A stretch of DNA of 63,604 nucleotides, counting the filler, from Octopus bimaculoides (taxonomy: Eukaryota): the NCBI RefSeq assembly GCF_001194135.2. It is 5 parts of 5 records of this genome, joined end to end, with 100 filler letters (N's around TTAATTAATTAA, not from the genome) between each part and the next. Parts side by side here need not be neighbours in the genome. Positions count along the whole stretch, not along the records: positions 21,982 to 50,158 come from NC_068981.1; positions 50,259 to 58,776 come from NC_069004.1; 3 more parts are not named here. The stretch is one strand, 5' to 3'. The notes below the pieces were generated by a model. It was not told where the DNA came from and searched no databases. It saw only the letters and a list, made by a program, of their open reading frames with translations. The translations under genes and the position numbers were made by a program. Below are positions 41,231 through 53,585 of the stretch, piece by piece (within the stretch, counting starts at the first letter, position 1; each line of letters opens with the position of its first letter).

Positions 41231-43674
41231 GGTCCCCTATTACTGTTTACAGTTTAAATATTTCGTTCTTGTCTCCTAACAAACTACAAACCTCTAATCC
41301 AAGCTAAATGTTAGTAATGCCATCCAACTAATTTAGATATGACTCCAGCAGCAGCAGCATTCTTGTGGTTTATTAGGGAACAGACTCTATTTGTCCTCTT
41401 TTAAAAAAAACCGAGTCGGTTTTGTAATGAAGATAGTATAGTCACCTGAATTGATATCGCTGTCTTACTATTTTTATTAGAACATTTAAGCACAAAGAAA
41501 CAGGAAAGAAGAGAGATAAGAAAGAAAAGAAGGTTGGGTAAAGCAGCAGACAATGGAGGAGGAAGGAGTCAATGTGCCACATATCCCAGAACAAATGGTG
41601 TGCTCAGCTTGTCCCATTGTAATGACCATGATGGCATTGCCACAGAGAATGGCCAGTGACACTGGCTGCTGCAGCCACTCCACCTCCCAGGACTCATTTC
41701 TCCAACAGGCGACCTTTATCCTTATTTTGTGGATGAAATTGGTAGTATGGGGTCCAACAACACCTGACATCTATCAAATCCACTGATTAAGGTGAAAGGC
41801 AAAGTAAATCTTTGATGAGAATTCAACTTAAAAGTGTGAAGAATGAAACTAAATGCAGTAAAAGCAACACTACAATGTCTTGAATATATCAATTTCCCTT
41901 GAATTTTCATAAGAATAAAGTGCCCTCAGCAAGTGCATTCCAGTAGCATAATTTAAAAAAAAAATACCTGTAGCCAAATATTATAAAATGAGAAGAAAAC
42001 AAATTGTTCTCTCCTCTTAAACAAAGTGGGAAATTTGTAATGTAAAATACTCTACCTTACGATAATTTCCTTGTATCTGTTTTGTATTTCTTCTTTTCAA
42101 TGCACACCAGCCAGTGTTAGTGATAGTATTTAATTGTTGTGTTCTATTGTTTCTAAAGGCTATGTTTTTTTTTCATGTGGTTTTTTATAGTTTATCATTT
42201 TTTCTTTACACAATTTCAGGCTAATTTGAATGTATTTTAAATTAAAAAAAATAAAAACAGAAAAGATGCCCAACTCAAAAAACATATAACCAAAGTAGAA
42301 AAATGGCAATTTGTATCGATTTCTTTTTTCTATGTTACTCTTTGGAGTTAATTTTGTTTCTTCACTCATTCCTTCTCCTCTGTAAATTCTTTTGGCATTG
42401 CCCTCAAGCCAAATGAGAGCACCCAATTTTCTATCTCTCCTCTTCCTCCTCTTGTCTTTTAATCAGATGCTTTACTTTATACTATAGTATCTTTGAGATA
42501 TATTGTTTTGTTTTTATTTTAAAACAATGCATTAGATATCTATATGTATAAAGTAATGAAAGACTATATAAAAATCTCTCCTTATAATTATGATCAAATT
42601 CAGCAGTGTAGTGTTTTACTAAAAACTTTATTTAGGCTGTCATATACACTGAACAGAATCTCCGACTTAGGATTTTAAAATGGTAAAAATTGCTCATTTT
42701 AATGCATTAATTTGTAAAGTAGAGATACATATTCTTCATAACTTGAATGAAATATGTGTATCTATATAAAAAAAAAAACACAAAAACATCATGCATTTAG
42801 TGTATTTAAACAATTAGAAAATGAATGTCATTGTCATTATTGTTAGTGTCTTAATTCAGTAAGGAGAGTAAATGTTTAGCCCAAAGCAGACTTGATCAAG
42901 CAAGTCTATGATCTGTCTTTCAAAGATATTAGATAATGCAGGTCTAGATATATTCTTTCTTTTCTATGATGGTTACATAATTTCAGGGCAATTTCAACCA
43001 CTATTTCTAGTTAGCTACATTACGATACAGAGGTTCTCACACTAGCTTGAGTAGTAAAAGTAGTTGGACTAATAGTTGTAATAATTATTAGTATTGTTAC
43101 AATGACTATTTAAGAACTACAATAACATATCTTAAGTAATCAGCTTTACTCACTTGAAAAGAAATACATATTGTGTGATCACAGATTGCTGTTGCACTCC
43201 TTAAACTATCACACAAGTGCTCTTACTTTGCATTTATTATTTTGCCATTGTCATGATCAAGATCATTGATAATACTTGACAGCCAACTTTGATTACTTGT
43301 GCTCTAAGCTTTGTATATTTTTCTGTTATCTCCATTGTTGAAATGATAGTTATAACTACATAAGAAGTATCAAAGGATCATTTATCTAGTTGGCAGGTTT
43401 ACTTTTTTTTGTTAATGGCCTCTTGCAGACTCCATTCTATGTACCAAATCTTATCTGCTGCCTACTTTATAACTCTTACTTAAAACATTTATATTCTACC
43501 AATAGACTTATTGACACAAGTATGACTGTGTGGCCTAGAAATTCACTTCCCAACCACATGGTTTTGGACTTAGCCACACTGTGGCACCTTGTATGTCTTC
43601 TACTATAGCCTCACACTGATCTAAGACCAAAACCTTGTGACTGGATATAGTAGGCAGAAACTGAAAGAAGCCTA

Positions 43675-43715
<41 letters not shown>

Positions 43716-43977
43716 NNNNNNNNNNNNNNNNNNNNNNNNNNNNNNNNNNNNNNNNNNNNNNNNNNNNNNNNNNNNNNNNNNNNNNNNNNNNNNNNNNNNN
43801 NNNNNNNNNNNNNNNNNNNNNNNNNNNNNNNNNNNNNNNNNNNNNNNNNNNNNNNNNNNNNNNNNNNNNNNNNNNNNNNNNNNNNNNNNNNNNNNNNNNN
43901 NNNNNNNNNNNNNNNNNNNNNNNNNNNNNNNNNNNNNNNNNNNNNNNNNNNNNNNNNNNNNNNNNNNNNNNNNNNNN

Positions 43978-44025
<48 letters not shown>

Positions 44026-44572
44026 TTTATTTATTTATTTAGAAAGTAAGTTAAAAGTTATGGCTGGTCATAAAGTGATTATTGGTTTCACACCTATAAA
44101 ACTCTTAGCAGGTGCAAAACCTATGTTCTCCCTATGACCAGCTGTAACTTTTAATTTCTTTAAAAAAAAATATATTGCTGCTCTAATGCTTTAGAGTGTG
44201 CTTCTCTTTTGGACATATAAACTACTGGCGATATATGTATAGTTTATGATGTTATACAAAACTCATGGGGATTGTAAGAGAAGTGTGTATATCTTGTTTA
44301 TTTGTCTTTGTCTGTTTTCCCATACTAGCATGGGTTAAATGAATATACTATTAAGGTATTGTTTTAAGCTGATAGGCTTCTTGTTGCTAACTCTTACTGT
44401 TTTCCAAGCAAGGTGTCTTTTATCCCATTTGTCTTCAAAGGTGCAAAACTAGTGGATGATTTTTGACTAGGAAAATGATAACTTCACCACCAAAGGGATT
44501 TCCAGTGAAGTGCAAATGTTAGCATACACAGACAAGTGCATGCACATGCGCACACGCACACACACACACACA

Positions 44573-44639
<67 letters not shown>

Positions 44640-45109
44640 TCAGTTTCTGCCCACAAAAATCCACCCAAGTCTTTGGTCAACTAGGGTCTGTTGTAGAAGA
44701 CACATACCCAAAGTGCTGTGCTAGGGAATTGAACATGAAATCACATAGTTGAGAAGTGAACTTCTTAACCTTATAACTATGTAGCTATACTTGTGCCAAT
44801 ACATGTATGCGTATATACATATGTGTGCATGCATGCATACATACATACATACATACATACATACATACATACATACGATAAGTACTTCGTCTTGGCAGAT
44901 GATAGCCATCTCAATTAATTTCCATAATGTCCATATATTCAGAGATGACTCTTGTATTTCTTTAACTTACGTTGTGGTTGTTTTCTAAATTGTAACTATC
45001 CATAAAATAACTGCTTGGAAGGTCTCACATCTGACATACTCACATGGTGCCCTACTCATTGCAGTTGACTTTTTAACTAAGTGCAACTTGGTAGATACAC
45101 AGCTAGCCC

Positions 45110-46110
45110 TCTAAAGTATATCTGTATCTGACAGCAAATCTTCCCAGTTTACCTTCAGTATTCCGAGGCATTTTTGATGGAATCTCTCAAGCACTTTTAC
45201 ATGCCTACTATGAGTAGTCGAAGTCTTGCATGTATACAAGAATGTTGTCTGTATGCATGTTTTGTAAACACTGATTTTTATGTGAGCTGTAATACTTCTA
45301 TCTAACTTCTTATCAAGTTTGCTGGATGCTGTTCTTGCTTTTTTGATTCTTAGTATAATTTTAAAATTCCAACTGTCATCTCTTGATAGCTCAATTTCCA
45401 AGTGTGGAAATCTATTCACCACTCCTAACCATGTGTTTTTCACATAGAGATTAGGTTCCACATAGTGTTCATCAGGTACTGGCATGACCATAACCTTGGT
45501 CTTTATATAAACTTCACTTTATGCCAAAGACATCACATTCAACAGAAATCAGGTCCATTAAGATCTGCATATCTTCTTCTATACATGCTGTGAAGTTAGC
45601 TTTATATGAAAGTTTTCTAAAATTCTGAAATGTCTTTGATTTACTAAAGAAACTATTAGTTGAAAATCTTTCCTGAGGTTTGAAATTTTATTTGAACATC
45701 TTTATCACAGTTTGAAAGGCAGTGTAATGAAATATATTGAGAATAATGTTGATGTTAGAATGTATCCCTGTTTTACTCCATTGTCTGGCAATCTCTTCTG
45801 GAGGCTCTCCATTAAATGCATCACTGGCTTTCATATTGTTGTGCAGTTCTTTAAACATGTGCACAGATTTTGATAGACAGCCAAGTTTATGGAGGATCAC
45901 CACAAAGCCTCTCTGTTGAGTGTATTAAATACTTTAGTAAGATTAGCAAATACCCGATAGAATGGGACTTGATATTCTATATATTTGTAATGAAATTGCC
46001 TTGCTGAGAAAATTATGTTCATTGCTCCTCTCCTGACTTAGTAGCTAGATTGGATTTCTGGTAAAATTATAGGACAGCTGTCATGCATTAGACTGTCAAG
46101 ATGACTATAA
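45110..46110 (-). mobile_element. Degenerate RTE-BovB-like LINE RT and C-terminal relic
   Basis: ILPEIQS...RGAMNIIFSARQ...VFANLTKVFNTLNREALW, ILHKLGC...FKELH, and ISVYKTCIQTTFLYTCKT...LERFHQKCL are collinear with RTE ORF2; stops and frameshifts present. Confidence 0.85.
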
Positions 46111-48207
46111 CCATGGAAATTGTCCCATTACACACTTATGTCCTTTACATTTATATCTCTGTATACTGCAGACTGTGACACGTGTGTGTGTATATATGCT
46201 TATATACATTTACACATGCATACACAGATATACCACAGGTAGGATCTTCACAGTGGGGATGATGGATGACAAAAGATCATGACTCCTGGCAGTATCCTGT
46301 GCTTCAGAAGACACATCAAGCTAAGTAAGATCGTGGTCATCCTTGCATACAGCGTGTCCCCTGCATCCCTTTTCAGTTAAGTGATCCTAACCTTGCAGGC
46401 TTGTGTGTGCTAGTGCCATGTAGAAAGCACTTATCCCAGTGCCATGTAAAAGCGCCCAGTACTTTCTTTAAAGTGGTTGGTAGAAATAATGCCAAAACAG
46501 ACATGGAGCCTGGGCAGCTCTTCAGCTGGCTAGCTCCTAAGAAATCATCCAACCTATGCCAGCATGGAAAACAGATACTAAATGATGATGTAGGGTTGGT
46601 GGAGATTCAAGTAAAAATCTATGATTTTCAATGGTCTCACAGTTTGAAATAAGTAATTGCAGCTGAGCTTAATTTCATGTAAGTGGTTTTGTTTGAGAGT
46701 TTTGGTAGTTAAAGGGTTAGCAGACTTTTCAAAATTCACGAAGTGTTTTTATATATACATATGAGTGGAAGTGGGGTAAAACATAGCTTTAAAATAAATA
46801 TGTGGGTTTAACAGTGCATTTTCAGAATTATTAATACATATTTGTATATAATACTACTGTCCCAGTAAAAGGCTTAATTGTTCCTTTTTTGTTTTTTTAT
46901 AATTACATAGTTTGTATCAATGAAAATGATGAAAATCTAAACCCACTACTATTTGTTAATAAAAATCTTCATGTCTGTTAAATTTACCATAAAATATGAA
47001 ATATTTCGATAAGTATAACTTGGCTATACCATTTCAAAATAAGATTTCAGAAAATATTAAATTTTAATCAGATGAAAAAAAGTTTTTATACTGTGTATGT
47101 CTTTCATAAAATTTTAAAATCTCAAGCTTAAAATGAGACTATGTTGTTAAAAAAAAAAAAATCAGTATTGATAGATTTTGATACCATTAAAAGTGTTCTT
47201 GTCACTGCAGGTCATATTCTGCATTTTCCATTTAATGTTACTCCATTATTGAAGATGTTGATTGGTTAAATTGTTTAGCTTGAATTTTTAGTATATTCTT
47301 CATTGATAGTTAGTGTATATATTATTTCTGTTGGAATGAAAGACTATCAACTGCTTTGAGCTGTAAATTAAAATTTTAATTGTATTTGCATGTAATTATA
47401 ATAAAAAAATGTTTCATAATTAGCTAAATAGAAATGTATTAATGTCAAATGAAAAAAATTTTAAGAAAATGTTTTATGCAACTTTTTTGTTTTTGCTTTC
47501 ATGTTTGTACAAATTGGGTATCTTTTTTTATGAATTGACAATTGTTTCTTTGAATGAGAGTATTTTGGTAGCTGAGTTGATGAATTGTTGTTCCTTTGGC
47601 TGAAGGCAATTTTATCCCATTACTGGTTCCACAATATGTTCCGAAGAAAAGCATTGAATTCTTCTACTTGACTGAGATCGAGCCCTTGCAGAAGAGTGGC
47701 TTGCCTGTGTAATCCAATTTGACAAGTAGTTTGTCAGTCCAAATTCTGTTTAGGCTAATTTATCATTATCTGCAGTCTACCATGTGTGGATAATAGAACT
47801 GTAACAGAAAGAATTCATAATCAAGGCAGGAAGTATGCTATTGCATAAAATTTTTGCTGTGCCACCAGTTTAAAAGAAATCTTATAGGGGCATCCACATG
47901 ATGAAGAATTGTAGTCGATATTGAGTGATGACCAACATCTTATAAAGATATTTCTTTGTCATAGAAATTATAGTTCGAAGATGAACATATGCACTCTAAA
48001 AATGTTTCTGTTATATATTTTTTGAAATTATACAATACAAATTTTACAAACCCAGTATCCGTTAAAAATAATTTTGATTCTTTTTCTTATTACTTTCCAG
48101 TTTGATAATATCTAAAGAGTCAGCCATACTTGTCACATGCCATTAAACTTACTCTTCTTAGTAGAAAAGACAAGATCTTGCTTTTGTTCTCTTTTGTTGA
48201 TTTAGAT

Positions 48208-48498
48208 CAGAGGTTCTCAAACTTTTGGGGGCCACTGCCCCCCCCCCGCCACATAATACCCTCAGCGCCCCACCCCTATTTTTATGTATAAATAAATATT
48301 TTAGAATTTACTAATTTATATATACTATGAATCATTTAATATTTAATAATATTATAAATTCATAGCGTACCCCAATTCACTGCCTTCCTCCCAACGCCTC
48401 CTTTTTCACTACCCCCACTCCCTTATGCACCATCACCCACCTGGACTGTCCCAATGCCTACGGGGGGGGGGGCGTAGCGCCCACTTTGAGAACCTGTG
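48208..48498. mobile_element. hAT-type MITE, 291 bp, with 8-bp target-site duplication
   Basis: TIRs CAGAGGTTCTCAAA and TTTGAGAACCTGTG (13/14 match); ATTTAGAT directly repeated at 48200-48207 and 48499-48506. Confidence 0.92.
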
Positions 48499-49779
48499 AT
48501 TTAGATGAATCATTTGATAATCATTTCATCCACTCCTTAAATATGGAGGCAGGATGGTCAAGCAGATTTTATGCTCATGGATTATAATTTGTAATCTGCT
48601 GCAGACATTGTGTTATTTTTAGAGAGGACACTTTATCCTGTATTTTCTTATGTTACTTATGTTAGATCTGTAAAAGTTACTTGTAATAGATTAATATCCT
48701 ATCCCGGGAAGTTTTGTTTTTCATTCAGTACTATGAAATGAAGACTAAAGCACTAGTTTTCAAAAGTTTCCCTGGTACTCAGCAGACATTTAAATTTACA
48801 GCTTACCAAATGGTAAATACATTAGAAACTGGAAGAAACAATGGTGTTACCATCATAATATAAAAAAAAAAGTGAAAGTCTGTATATATGGTCCAAGTGT
48901 TTAGCAACATTCTTTTCAAGTGCAGTGCAGTGTTTTTAAAAGAATTTTTTTCATTTAAGTTCCTATCCCTGGTACAGTAATGAAGATTATAAAAATTTAC
49001 TAATTAGAAAAATAATTCCTTTAAAGTAGTTATGTAAATTAATCCAATATTTTGAGCAAAAAAAGGTATAAAACAACTGACTAGAGGATGAAAGGCAAAG
49101 TTGACCGTGACAGAATTTGAACTCAGATTCCTTGGAAGAAAGCAACGAATGTATACAAAAACAAGGACGGAAAAAACGAACAATGTTACGAGTGAAAAAA
49201 CTTGACCCACTGTAGAATAGCTTCTTCTAACGCATGACCACTCAGTGGTGGGCCATAGCGGTCATACGTATGCATGCATGATCGCATTCACAACATTTTT
49301 CGATAGAGGGAGGTATGTAAATAGTGCAAAAAATTTAAACAGTAAAATAATGTAGGGAGACCGTACAAATACCATAAAGACAATGATATTTACATACAAC
49401 AAAATTAAAATACACTAAGTCAGTTTTGAGGCAGATGTGGCAAAGCTGAATTTAGACACACTGGGTGAACAAAAATTAAAAATAAGTAAATTATTTTTCA
49501 AGGAGAATGTACAAAAACCATAACAGATTTTTACACTGACGTCAATTTGTAGATTGAATTCAGTGTGTGAGTGAGTTAAAGACGGAGAGAGGGAGTGAAA
49601 GAAAGAAACACAGACTCAAAGAGAGGAACTATTACAGAGGGTGAGAGATAATATGTGTAAGCAAGAAAAACAGAATGAGAAAAAGAGAGAGAAGAGAAAA
49701 ATAAACAGAGAGAATCAGTTGAAAACTGCAGAAGTTTTTAGTGGAAAACCCATGTAAAACACTTTTCCCTAGTTTCTTG

Positions 49780-49894
49780 CTTTACATGGGAGCTTTGGGC
49801 AAAATGTTATTGTGCATGACAATCCTTAGTATATAAGTAATGTGTGTGTAAAGTTTGGTGAAAATGGGTTGAAAACTGTAAAAATGCATACGTA

Positions 49895-49949
<55 letters not shown>

Positions 49950-50158
49950 ACTTTGTTTTTTATATGTATACTAGCAGTATAACCCGACCTTGTCCGGGTG
50001 TGACTTATTACGCCATCTACGATAAGTCTTGCTAGGTGAAAATCAACTAAAAAGAAAAAACCCTTATGATGTAAATATGTTCATAATTCAAAAGACGATA
50101 AAATTAATAGAGAAAGTCTGAAGGCTGTTTTGTGTAACATTATTAAGTGTACGTAAAT
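49780..50158 (+). mobile_element. Helitron/Helentron-like non-autonomous element ends (3' end of one copy abutting the 5' end of another)
   Basis: AAGTTTGGTGAAAATGGGTTGAAA-(CA)n-TTTTATATGTAT followed directly by ACTAGCAGTATAACCCGACCTTGTCCGGG; resembles recalled invertebrate DINE-like termini. Confidence 0.45.
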
Positions 50159-50258
50159 NNNNNNNNNNNNNNNNNNNNNNNNNNNNNNNNNNNNNNNNNN
50201 NNTTAATTAATTAANNNNNNNNNNNNNNNNNNNNNNNNNNNNNNNNNNNNNNNNNNNN

Positions 50259-50590
50259 CCTGGCACTTGTGCCGGATGGCACGTGTAAAGACATTCGAGC
50301 GAGGTCGTTGCCAGTGCCGCCGAACTGGCTCCTGTGCAGGTGGCACGTAAAAAACACCATTTTGAGTGTGGCCGTTGCCAGTACCGCCTGACTGGCCTTC
50401 GTGCTGGTGGCATGTAAAAGCACCAACTACACTCTCGGAGTGGTTGGCATTAGGAAGGGCATCCAGCCGTAGAAACTCTGCCAAATCAGATTGGAGCCTG
50501 GTGCAGCCATCCGGTTTTACCAGTCCTCAGTCAAATCGTCCAACCCATGGAAAGCGGACGTTAAACAATGATGATGATGATGATGATGAT
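50259..50590 (+). mobile_element. Repeat family F, ending CATGGAAAGCGGACGTTAAAC-(GAT)n (probable LINE 3' end or LINE-tailed SINE)
   Basis: Internal repeats of GGTGGCACGTAAAA...GTTGCCAGT; related pieces at about 28640-28800(-), 46400-46600(+) and 52445-52520(+). Confidence 0.7.
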
Positions 50591-51104
50591 AAATCTAAAA
50601 TAAAACAATGAAAAAAACAATGAAAAAATACACAGAAAGAATTCAATTTGTTTGCAAATGTTACCTTAGAATAATTAAGGCAAATTTATTTAAATAAAAA
50701 AGGAGAGAAAAAAAACTGAGTGTATATAGATATATATATGTGTGCGTGTATGTTTATATGTATAAGTATAATTGGATAGAAAACATTTTAGGAAAAAAAA
50801 TATTTAAAAAAAAAACAATTAAAATGAGGACCAGCAGTTGTTAAGGGGTGCGTGTGTGTGTGTGTGGCCAAGGGAGATAGAAGTTTAAGGACCAAATGGA
50901 AGAAAGAAGATGTTCAAATTTCGTGGGCAGATAGGCAAGGCCTGAATTAATACTGGGAGGTTATACAGATGTGCATCTGTGTGTGTGTGGTGGTGGTGGT
51001 TATCTATCTGTGTGTCTGTGTGTGTGCATATTTCTATACATACACATACATGGGTAACATATCAGGGTATGCATATACGCACAATGTGTAGTGGTGGTGG
51101 TGGC

Positions 51105-51181
<77 letters not shown>

Positions 51182-51588
51182 CATATAGATACATACACAT
51201 TACTGATATATACATATGGTATGTATATATATGTGCATGTATGCATGTGTGTGTGTATATATATATAGATAGATATATAGAGATAAAGAGATGGATAGAT
51301 ATATACATACACACACATACATACATGCACATTAGTTATATAATTAGGGTATTATATATGCACATGGATATATGCATATTACACAAATGTATTAGTAGTT
51401 ACACATGAAAAAATGTATAAACACACACACACACACGTATATATATCATTAGATATACAAGTACATATGCATATATACAGACACACACACACACCAATTC
51501 ACATATATATATATGTATATAGATATAGATATATCTATCTATATATATATATATATATGTGTGTGTGTTAGGTATGGAGTGGAAAAAG

Positions 51589-51817
51589 TCATTCAGGGTG
51601 GCTAGGCTGGGCAGGATGGAGATCTTTAATGGAACCGTGGCTAGGAGAACAATTGGAGTTGGTGACTAGCGGCGAGTCCCAGCGTTCGTGGCTGACCCCC
51701 GGGGCCAAATGCATGATCTGCACATGAACGGCTTGAAGCTTTTCGTGACGTGGTGGAATGGTAATGGCCTTGTAGGTCACATCGTCGTCTTCTTTGGGAA
51801 CATATTCACCCTCGATA
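51589..51817 (-). CDS. CARHSP1: CARHSP1/CSDC2-family cold-shock domain protein, last coding exon
   Basis: (D)IEGEYVPKEDDDVTYKAITIPPRHEKLQAVHVQIMHLAPGVSHERWDS...PE* aligns with vertebrate [48 protein letters not shown]. Acceptor TTTCTGTTTCAG at 51818; phase fits GA|T; TGA at 51591-51589. Confidence 0.96.
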
Positions 51818-51984
51818 CTGAAACAGAAATAGATATATATATATATATATATATATATATNNNNNNNNNNNNNNNNNNNNNNNNNNNNNNNNNNNNNNNN
51901 NNNNNNNNNNNNNNNNNNNNNNNNNNNNNNNNNNNNNNNNNNNNNNNNNNNNNNNNNNNNNNNNNNNNNNNNNNNNNNNNNNNN

Positions 51985-52165
51985 ATTACTGGACTGGGCG
52001 ACATGTTGTGTTCTTGAGCAAAACACTTCATTTCACGTTGCTCCAGTCCACTCAGCTGGCAAAAATGAATAACGCTGCGATGGACTGGCGTCCCTTCCAG
52101 CTGGGAAACACATACGCCATAGAAACCGGGAAACCGGGCCCATGAGCCTGGCTAGGCTTTAAAAG
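51985..52165 (+). mobile_element. SINE (head 1 core + tail Z) in CARHSP1 intron 2, antisense to the gene
   Basis: GTGTTCTTGAGCAAAACACTTCATTTCACGTTGCTCCAGTCCACTCAGCTGG...GAAACCGGGAAACCGG. Confidence 0.8.
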
Positions 52166-52757
52166 GGCGCATTTATTTATTATTATATATATATATATGA
52201 ATACAGTGAATATTATTATTGATATTTGATTGAAAATTAGAAAGTTTTAGTCATAAATTGCCCACTCTTCCAGATTCAATTCACCAATAATTCAATATCC
52301 TTAAGGCTTAAAATTGTTTCAACTCTTTTATTGATCCTAAGGTAACCACACTGGCCTCTAGGGTTCAATACTGACCCTTTAGTTTAAACAATCCCTGAAT
52401 ATTAAGAAAAATTCAGTGATATTGTATTAGTATATTCTGACCGGAATGGAACCCGGTGCAGCCTTCTGGCTTGCCAGTCCTCAGTCAAACCGTCCAACCC
52501 ATGCCAGCATGGAAAGCATGTTTGGTGTCTATTAGTTGATATTGCATCAATATTTGGGTGGAAATTAGTGAGTTTTAGCCTTAAATTACCCCCACTCTTC
52601 CAGGTTCAGTTTGGTAAAAATTCAGTACCTTTAATGGTTAAAATCATTTCAGGTATTTATCAGCCCCTTGGGTCAATTTATCAGCCCCAGGGGTCAATAC
52701 TGACCACTTTGCCAACCCCTGATATAGATAATGATTTAGACAAACCAAAATACTCAC

Positions 52758-52883
52758 TCAGAAATATGAACAAACAATGGAACACTTGAAGGATCTTCAG
52801 GTTGAATAAAACCATGACCCTTTTCTCGACAGAATTCCTTCACTTTACCTCGAACAGTTGGACCGCATTTTGCTCTTTCGGAT
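52758..52883 (-). CDS. CARHSP1: CARHSP1/CSDC2-family, middle coding exon (126 nt)
   Basis: (A)SERAKCGPTVRGKVKEFCREKGHGFIQPEDPSSVPLFVHIS(D) contains the RNP1-like KGHGFI and RNP2-like LFVHISD motifs. Acceptor TTTCAG, donor GTGAGT, phase 2 at both ends. Confidence 0.96.
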
Positions 52884-53073
52884 CTGAAATTCAAACCAAT
52901 ACATGTAACCAATCAGTCAATCAATCAATCCAATGAAATAATTCTTCAAATCCTGAAGCCTGGGGCAAACACAGGGGCACAGCAAGGGACATAACACCTT
53001 CTACTCCATCTTTTTTGATTATCGTCCAATCGTATCTTATTCCCATCATCTTCCTTGTCATTCACCAGCCTTT

Positions 53074-53401
53074 GAGTCAGTTCGCAAACTCACCTCGAGT
53101 CAGTTCGCAAACTCGCCTGGAGTCAGTTCACAAACTCTCCTCGAGTCAGTTCATTAACTTACCTCGAGTCGGTCCACAAACTCACCTCGAGTCACTTCAC
53201 AAACTCACCTCGAGTCACTTCACAAACTCACCTCGAGTCAGTTCGCAAACTCGCCTCGAGTCACTTCGCAAACTCACCTCGTGTCAGTTCGCAAACTCAC
53301 CTCGTGTCAGTTCGCAAACTCACCTCGTGTCAGTTCGCAAACTCACCTCGTGTCAGTTCGCAAACACGCCTCAAGTCAATTCACAAACTCGCCTTGAGTC
53401 C
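53074..53401. repeat. 23-nt minisatellite, 14 copies plus a partial (GAGTCAGTTCGCAAACTCACCTC)
   Basis: Units counted at exact 23-nt spacing from 53074 to 53395, inside CARHSP1 coding intron 1. Confidence 0.95.
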
Positions 53402-53585
53402 ATTTCAATTTGCTTTAAAATTATTTTAATTTGCAGTTCAAATGGTTTCTAAGATCCCAATGCGATGTCTAACAAGGTAAGCAACAAAATTCAATAACAT
53501 ATACAATTAGGTGTGGTTCTAGGAACAACAAGGTACCTTGATGTAATCAAGGTACAGTATACAAGGTACATAAATAGGTACTCAC

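Noticed and set aside
47530-47990. Higher-complexity segment with minus-strand acceptors and the peptide LLQGLDLSQVEEFNAFLRNILWNQ
   Set aside because: All frames after the strong acceptors stop early and I could not build a consistent exon chain or recognise a family.
53074-53401. Minisatellite as a CRISPR array
   Set aside because: The units are contiguous with no unique spacers, there are no cas genes, and the context is eukaryotic.
53015-53452. 145-aa plus-strand ORF with repeated SQFANSPRVSSQTRLES
   Set aside because: It is a translation of the 23-nt minisatellite, antisense within an intron and starting at a non-ATG codon.
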